A stretch of DNA of 11,789 nt from Candidatus Heimdallarchaeota archaeon (GTDB taxonomy: Archaea; Asgardarchaeota; Heimdallarchaeia; Heimdallarchaeales; Heimdallarchaeaceae), in NCBI GenBank assembly GCA_016839945.1, contig JAEOTE010000013.1:1-11789 (forward strand), written 5' to 3'. Positions 7,790 to 11,789 of this stretch are shown piece after piece. The first letter of the stretch is position 1. Each line of letters opens with the position of its first letter. The translations under genes and the position numbers were made by a program. A model generated the notes under the pieces. That model ran no database searches. It was given only the letters and a program-made list of their open reading frames with translations, and had not been told where the DNA came from.

Positions 7790-8974
7790 ATGGTGAATAA
7801 TATGACACAGTTTTGTACATCATGTGGTACTCAATTATCTGAAGAAGCTGTTTTTTGTCATAAGTGTGGCTCAAGAATAGAATTAGTTAAAGGAGTTCCA
7901 ACTGCATTTCCAAGAGAAGATATAGAAGCACCTGCTGCACCTGCTGCACCTGTTGCTCCCGTTCCTGATTATAGACCCATTCACAAAAGACCAAGAGCTT
8001 TGGGATTTGGAGTAGGAATTTTGTTTCTTGTTATCGTCCCTATTATTCTTATAGCAGTGTTTGGTTCAATCAATTTTACAATTCTAGGAACATTGAATTT
8101 CGAATATGAATCACTTGCTATTACAGATGTTGACTTAATAGTAGATAACAGTGTAGGAACTATAGATATATTCTATGATGAAGGTATAACCAATCTATTT
8201 GAAGCTGATTTAGTCGTGCGAGGAAGACCTGGAGCTGACATCGCGGATGCAAAGAACTTTGGTGTGTATAATCTCACGCTAAATAGTATGGTTATAAGTT
8301 TCGATTCTGGAAATTACCAGTTCTTTTTCTGGAATAAGAAAGCTTTTACCTATGATATAACTATCAGGATAAATCCAATCGCTGAAGTAGACTTCAATGT
8401 TGATGCAGACACAGGAACTGTTACTTTTACAACAAATAGTATAGACAACATTACAATGGGTCATTTGATTTTAACATCCGATACAGGGAGATTGGATGTT
8501 GACCTAGATGGATCAATTAACACACAAATTGATGAACTTGATTTAGACACTGACACAGGTAGAATTGAAGTAGATTTAGGAAAAAATACAACTCTAGGGG
8601 ATTCAGTTGTCGACATTACAACTGATACAGGAAGAGTATATCTAAGTTATGAAGATTTAATTGCTACAACTTCAACAACATGGAATATTGATAGTGATAC
8701 TGGTGGAATAACTTTAGATATAATTCAAAACTATGTTGCCCCCTCTGCATATCAAGCTACTTTCAATGTTGAAACTTCAACAGGAAGTATTACAGTAAAT
8801 TTCAGTTTCAATACATCTATAGGATATTCCTTTGATGCAAGCACAGATACTGGTAGTATAACACTTCCTGGTCCAGGTGATTATTATGAATCACCAAACC
8901 ATGATACAGCAACTAATGTATATGATTTTATTCTAGATACTAATACTGGAAGTGTAACAGCACAAGAAATCTAA
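7790..8974 (+). CDS. Zinc-ribbon + single TM + DUF4097-like beta-solenoid protein
   Basis: N-terminal FCTSCG...FCHKCG zinc ribbon, Pro/Ala linker, basic patch HKRPR, TM helix, then about 9 repeats of the [T/S]DTG-x-[I/V/L] type. Alternative start 7802. Confidence 0.85.
   Translation: MVNNMTQFCTSCGTQLSEEAVFCHKCGSRIELVKGVPTAFPREDIEAPAAPAAPVAPVPDYRPIHKRPRALGFGVGILFLVIVPIILIAVFGSINFTILGTLNFEYESLAITDVDLIVDNSVGTIDIFYDEGITNLFEADLVVRGRPGADIADAKNFGVYNLTLNSMVISFDSGNYQFFFWNKKAFTYDITIRINPIAEVDFNVDADTGTVTFTTNSIDNITMGHLILTSDTGRLDVDLDGSINTQIDELDLDTDTGRIEVDLGKNTTLGDSVVDITTDTGRVYLSYEDLIATTSTTWNIDSDTGGITLDIIQNYVAPSAYQATFNVETSTGSITVNFSFNTSIGYSFDASTDTGSITLPGPGDYYESPNHDTATNVYDFILDTNTGSVTAQEI
7928..7963 (+). repeat. 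9-bp in-frame tandem repeat (4 degenerate units) encoding APAAPAAPVAPV
   Basis: GCACCTGCT GCACCTGCT GCACCTGTT GCTCCCGTT. Confidence 0.8.
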
Positions 8975-9005
8975 TTTTTTTCCTTTATTTTTTCTTTTAT
9001 TTTTC
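8975..9005 (+). terminator. Oligo-T terminator between convergent genes
   Basis: Long T-rich tract right after TAA 8974, extending over the stop codon of the convergent histidine phosphatase gene. Confidence 0.6.
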
Positions 9006-9605
9006 TGATAAATGATTAGTTTCATTAAATTTGATAATATGCATTTTTCCATTAGAATAAAACTTAATCCGAGAAATGGAACATGGTTTAACATAAAAAT
9101 TCCAATAATGAGATGGGTGATTTTCAGTAAGATAGACAAAAATTAAATTTATAGCAGCACCATGACTTACTAAAACTACATTTTCTTCTTTCTGTTCTCT
9201 CAATCTCAGAAACAATCTGTGAATTCTATCTAACACTTGATAAAATGTTTCTCCATTAGGAATAAGAACATCATGAGGATTATTGAACCATTTTTCTTCT
9301 AACTCCCCAACAAAAATCTCATCACCTCTTTTTCCTTCCCAATCTCCAAAGGAGATATCCATAAGAAATGGTTCTTCAAGGATTTTTGCATCTTCTTGAT
9401 ATCTCTTAATTGCTTTAGCTGTATCTGCAGCTCTTGATAATTTACTATAATATATTACATCAATCGGAATTTCAGAAAGAGCTTTCCCAACTTCATCTGC
9501 ATGTTTAATACCTAATTCTGATAAAGGAACATCTGTCCTCCCTCTAACTCTAATATCTCCTACATTAAACGCTGTTTCTCCATGTCTTATTATGTATATA
9601 ATCAT
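8997..9605 (-). CDS. Histidine phosphatase family protein (dPGM/CobC/PspA-like, branch 1)
   Basis: IIRHGET catalytic His motif, GRTDVPLS, SKLSRAADTA, FGDWEG, PNGET and VSHG motifs. Confidence 0.93.
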   Translation of the reverse strand: MIIYIIRHGETAFNVGDIRVRGRTDVPLSELGIKHADEVGKALSEIPIDVIYYSKLSRAADTAKAIKRYQEDAKILEEPFLMDISFGDWEGKRGDEIFVGELEEKWFNNPHDVLIPNGETFYQVLDRIHRLFLRLREQKEENVVLVSHGAAINLIFVYLTENHPSHYWNFYVKPCSISRIKFYSNGKMHIIKFNETNHLSEK

Positions 9606-9673
9606 TTTATCAACTCAAATTGGAGTATGATTGATAAAAAAGTATTTGACTTATTGAACATTTCTCCAAGTAT

Positions 9674-10489
9674 ATGTCTGATAGAATGAATGTTGAGTGG
9701 ATGGATCAGTACGAAATAACATATCAGAAATATAAAGAAAAATGGGATGAGCATTATAGCGAAGTAAGGGATTTTATTGGAATAAATAGACCTGAAGAAA
9801 TAAAAAAATGGGGTTTTATTGGAGTAACAAATACTGTCCCAGAAATTAATTCCAAATTACTAAAGAATGTTAATGAGCTGATTCTGCTTGATATAAATGA
9901 AGAAGCTATGGGATTGGCGGAAAAACATCTTAGGAAAAATCTAAATTTTAAGAGAATAGGATTAAAGAAATTCGACAATACGTTTGGTTACATTGATGAT
10001 GTTTTAGTTAATTTAAATCAATACAACAAAGGCATTCTTTCAGAAAAAGATCTTTTTGACAAGCTTAAACATATTGAACATCCTTCTTTTAAAGATGCTA
10101 CTACCGGTTTTGACTTCATAACTCAGTTAGGAATAATGGATTATTATCTAATGCCAATATTCTCAAAATATTGTGAAATTTTTAAACACAAATACAAAGA
10201 ATTTTACTCTCTTCTTCAATATCTTAACAGTGAAGCTGTAATAATCTCTCTTAATGTTCTTCATAGAATACTTCAAGATGATGGAAAACTAATCATCTCT
10301 ACTCCAATTTCAAGAGAACCAGAAGGAGAAAAATGCAAAAAATCGATTTTTTGGATAGATTCAATTGAGGAATATATAGAAAATTCTGGATTTGAGATAA
10401 AGAATAAATCTTATCATATTTGGGAGGAATTTCCAATGGAAGGAGGACATTCACATAAGATTTTGAATGCATGTTGTGTGAAAAAATAG
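9674..10489 (+). CDS. Hypothetical protein with a degenerate class I SAM-dependent methyltransferase-like fold
   Basis: 271-codon ORF. LILLDINEEAM (motif II-like acidic residue), FDFITQLGIMDY (motif IV-like), LHRILQDDGKLIISTP and IENSGFEI are typical MTase segments; the Gly-rich motif I is degenerate (WGFIGVTN). Confidence 0.6.
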   Translation: MSDRMNVEWMDQYEITYQKYKEKWDEHYSEVRDFIGINRPEEIKKWGFIGVTNTVPEINSKLLKNVNELILLDINEEAMGLAEKHLRKNLNFKRIGLKKFDNTFGYIDDVLVNLNQYNKGILSEKDLFDKLKHIEHPSFKDATTGFDFITQLGIMDYYLMPIFSKYCEIFKHKYKEFYSLLQYLNSEAVIISLNVLHRILQDDGKLIISTPISREPEGEKCKKSIFWIDSIEEYIENSGFEIKNKSYHIWEEFPMEGGHSHKILNACCVKK

Positions 10490-10518
10490 GAATGAAGGAA
10501 AGGAAAATATTGCATTTT

Positions 10519-11789
10519 TTAGAGGTTCTTAAAGATTAAATCTTTACAGAGAACAAGATCGGTTATTCCCAATCTTTCCAATTCCTCATTATTTGGACAT
10601 CCTGTTTCTGGATTATACTTTCTATATTCATACCATTCCTCTAATTGGATTTTGTAATCTGGTATGTTTCCTTCAGTAGGACCATCAAGTCTTTGTAACA
10701 TAACTTTAGGTAAAATTTGTAAATCAGGTTTCCAACCCAATCTAAGATTTAGAATTCTTTTTAATGCAAATATTCGATCTCCAAAATCTATTAAATCATC
10801 AGTTGTAAAATTTTCATTCATTGCCATTCCAAGTAATTCAGAGACTATTGGTACTGGAGGGTTATAAAATTGACACAATGTCATTGCATTATATAACTGT
10901 CTGTAACTTTGGATCCTTGACATTTGTTTAGCTATACCTTTACTCTCAAATCTATCTTCAGGCATATCATCAATCTCTAATTCCGGAAAAATAATCCCTT
11001 GTTGAATCAAATATGCATCTCCATTACTGTGACATGCTCCTCTAGGACTAGTTAAATATTGTATTGCCATTCCACTGAAAGCTCTTGGATCATGAAAAGG
11101 AACTTCTAGTCCAGCTATTTGGGGTGCTAAATCAGGTTGAAGAAAATTCTCCGCTAACCTCTTACTTCCTTCAGCAAGAAGATTTCCAATACCTTCTCTA
11201 AAAGCTATTTTATCAAGTAATTTCATTAAACAATCAGGATCACCAAACTTAAACTTTATACCATTAGGAAGTGTTTCTTCTGTGATTAGATTTTTTGAAA
11301 CTAAATCCAAGAGAACACCAATAGTTGTACCAGCAGAGATTGTATCTAATCCATAATCATTCGCTATTTGATTCGCAAATGATATTGCTTCTAGATCATC
11401 TATTTGTAAATTAGTTCCAAAAGCTGCGATTGTTTCATATTCTGGTCCTTTTGTTCTTTTTAGTTTGTATTTACCTTCAGGGATTTCTATTTCTCTCCCG
11501 CATTCTATTGGACAGCGATAACAACCTTTTCTTCCAACCAAAATCGTTTCAGCCATAGTAGCACCTGAGATATTATAAGCTCCTTCAAAAGTTGATTCTG
11601 ACCAATTACGTATTGGCATATCTCCGTACATCTCTACTGCTAAATCTACATATCCTGAGGTGCCTAAATCTCTTGTAAGACCAACCATAAAATCGTCTTG
11701 AATAAGTTCATACGCATCTATGGATTTTTCTTTAAAGCTTTCTGGGAGATTAAATTCTCTATTTGTTCCTTTGACAGCAATAGCTTTTA
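10519..11789 (-). CDS. aor: Tungsten-containing aldehyde:ferredoxin oxidoreductase (AOR/WOR) family protein, 5'-partial
   Basis: GCYRCPIECG (4Fe-4S), GPEYET, DYGLDTISAG, REGIGNLLAEG, DPR and RGACH motifs. The frame stays open upstream of ATG 11688 to the window edge, reading KAIAVKGTNREFNLPESFKEKSIDAYELIQDDF; KAIAVKG matches the conserved LKAIAVxG motif, so the true start is outside the window. Confidence 0.93.
   Translation of the reverse strand, partial: KAIAVKGTNREFNLPESFKEKSIDAYELIQDDFMVGLTRDLGTSGYVDLAVEMYGDMPIRNWSESTFEGAYNISGATMAETILVGRKGCYRCPIECGREIEIPEGKYKLKRTKGPEYETIAAFGTNLQIDDLEAISFANQIANDYGLDTISAGTTIGVLLDLVSKNLITEETLPNGIKFKFGDPDCLMKLLDKIAFREGIGNLLAEGSKRLAENFLQPDLAPQIAGLEVPFHDPRAFSGMAIQYLTSPRGACHSNGDAYLIQQGIIFPELEIDDMPEDRFESKGIAKQMSRIQSYRQLYNAMTLCQFYNPPVPIVSELLGMAMNENFTTDDLIDFGDRIFALKRILNLRLGWKPDLQILPKVMLQRLDGPTEGNIPDYKIQLEEWYEYRKYNPETGCPNNEELERLGITDLVLCKDLIFKNL

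Noticed and set aside
8279-9139. Minus-strand ORFs 8279-8464 and 8933-9139
   Set aside because: Overlap well-supported genes; the Lys-rich stretch merely reflects the T-tract terminator.
10466-10489. C-terminal CCVKK as a eukaryote-like prenylation signal, paired with ICMT-like DUF1295
   Set aside because: Not a canonical CaaX; it fits the final beta-strand of an MTase fold, and no prenyltransferase is visible here.
9754-10867. ORFs 9754-9978 (-) and 10664-10867 (+)
   Set aside because: Antisense shadows of the MTase-like and AOR genes.
11686-11688. ATG 11688 as the AOR start
   Set aside because: The frame is open to the window edge and includes the conserved KAIAVKG motif; the N-terminal domain lies outside the window.
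1-11789. Recoding (Sec/Pyl readthrough, frameshifts), CRISPR arrays, tRNA/rRNA, IS elements, defence systems
   Set aside because: All called genes end in TAA/TAG at positions consistent with complete domains. I saw no regularly spaced repeats, GC-rich structured RNA islands, transposase/integrase motifs or nuclease/NTPase defence domains, and intergenic gaps are all under about 120 nt.

Overview
AT-rich, gene-dense prokaryotic chromosomal window with archaeal-style signals: TATA-like boxes about 25 nt before some start codons, and oligo-T tracts without GC hairpins after stop codons. These signals and the gene repertoire suggest an archaeon, possibly Asgard/Heimdallarchaeia-like, but that is inference only. 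In order, the window holds: the 3' end of an upstream membrane-protein gene; a secreted, C-terminally anchored subtilisin (S8) protease; a membrane-anchored DUF3160 protein; an IphP/MptpB-type Cys phosphatase; an MFS transporter tightly linked to an F420-type LLM oxidoreductase; a DUF1295 membrane protein; a zinc-ribbon/TM/DUF4097 beta-solenoid protein; a histidine phosphatase (- strand); a degenerate class I SAM-methyltransferase-like protein; and the 3' part of a tungsten aldehyde:ferredoxin oxidoreductase (AOR) family gene (- strand) that runs off the right edge. I saw no RNA genes, CRISPR array or mobile element, and no clearly self-contained novel system is demonstrable from the sequence. 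The best leads are a PEF-CTERM-like 'VQEF' sorting signal on a propeptide-less, sequon-rich subtilase next to DUF3160, a possible F420/lipid-reduction module (MFS-LLM-DUF1295), the zinc-ribbon transmembrane solenoid, and the degenerate methyltransferase.
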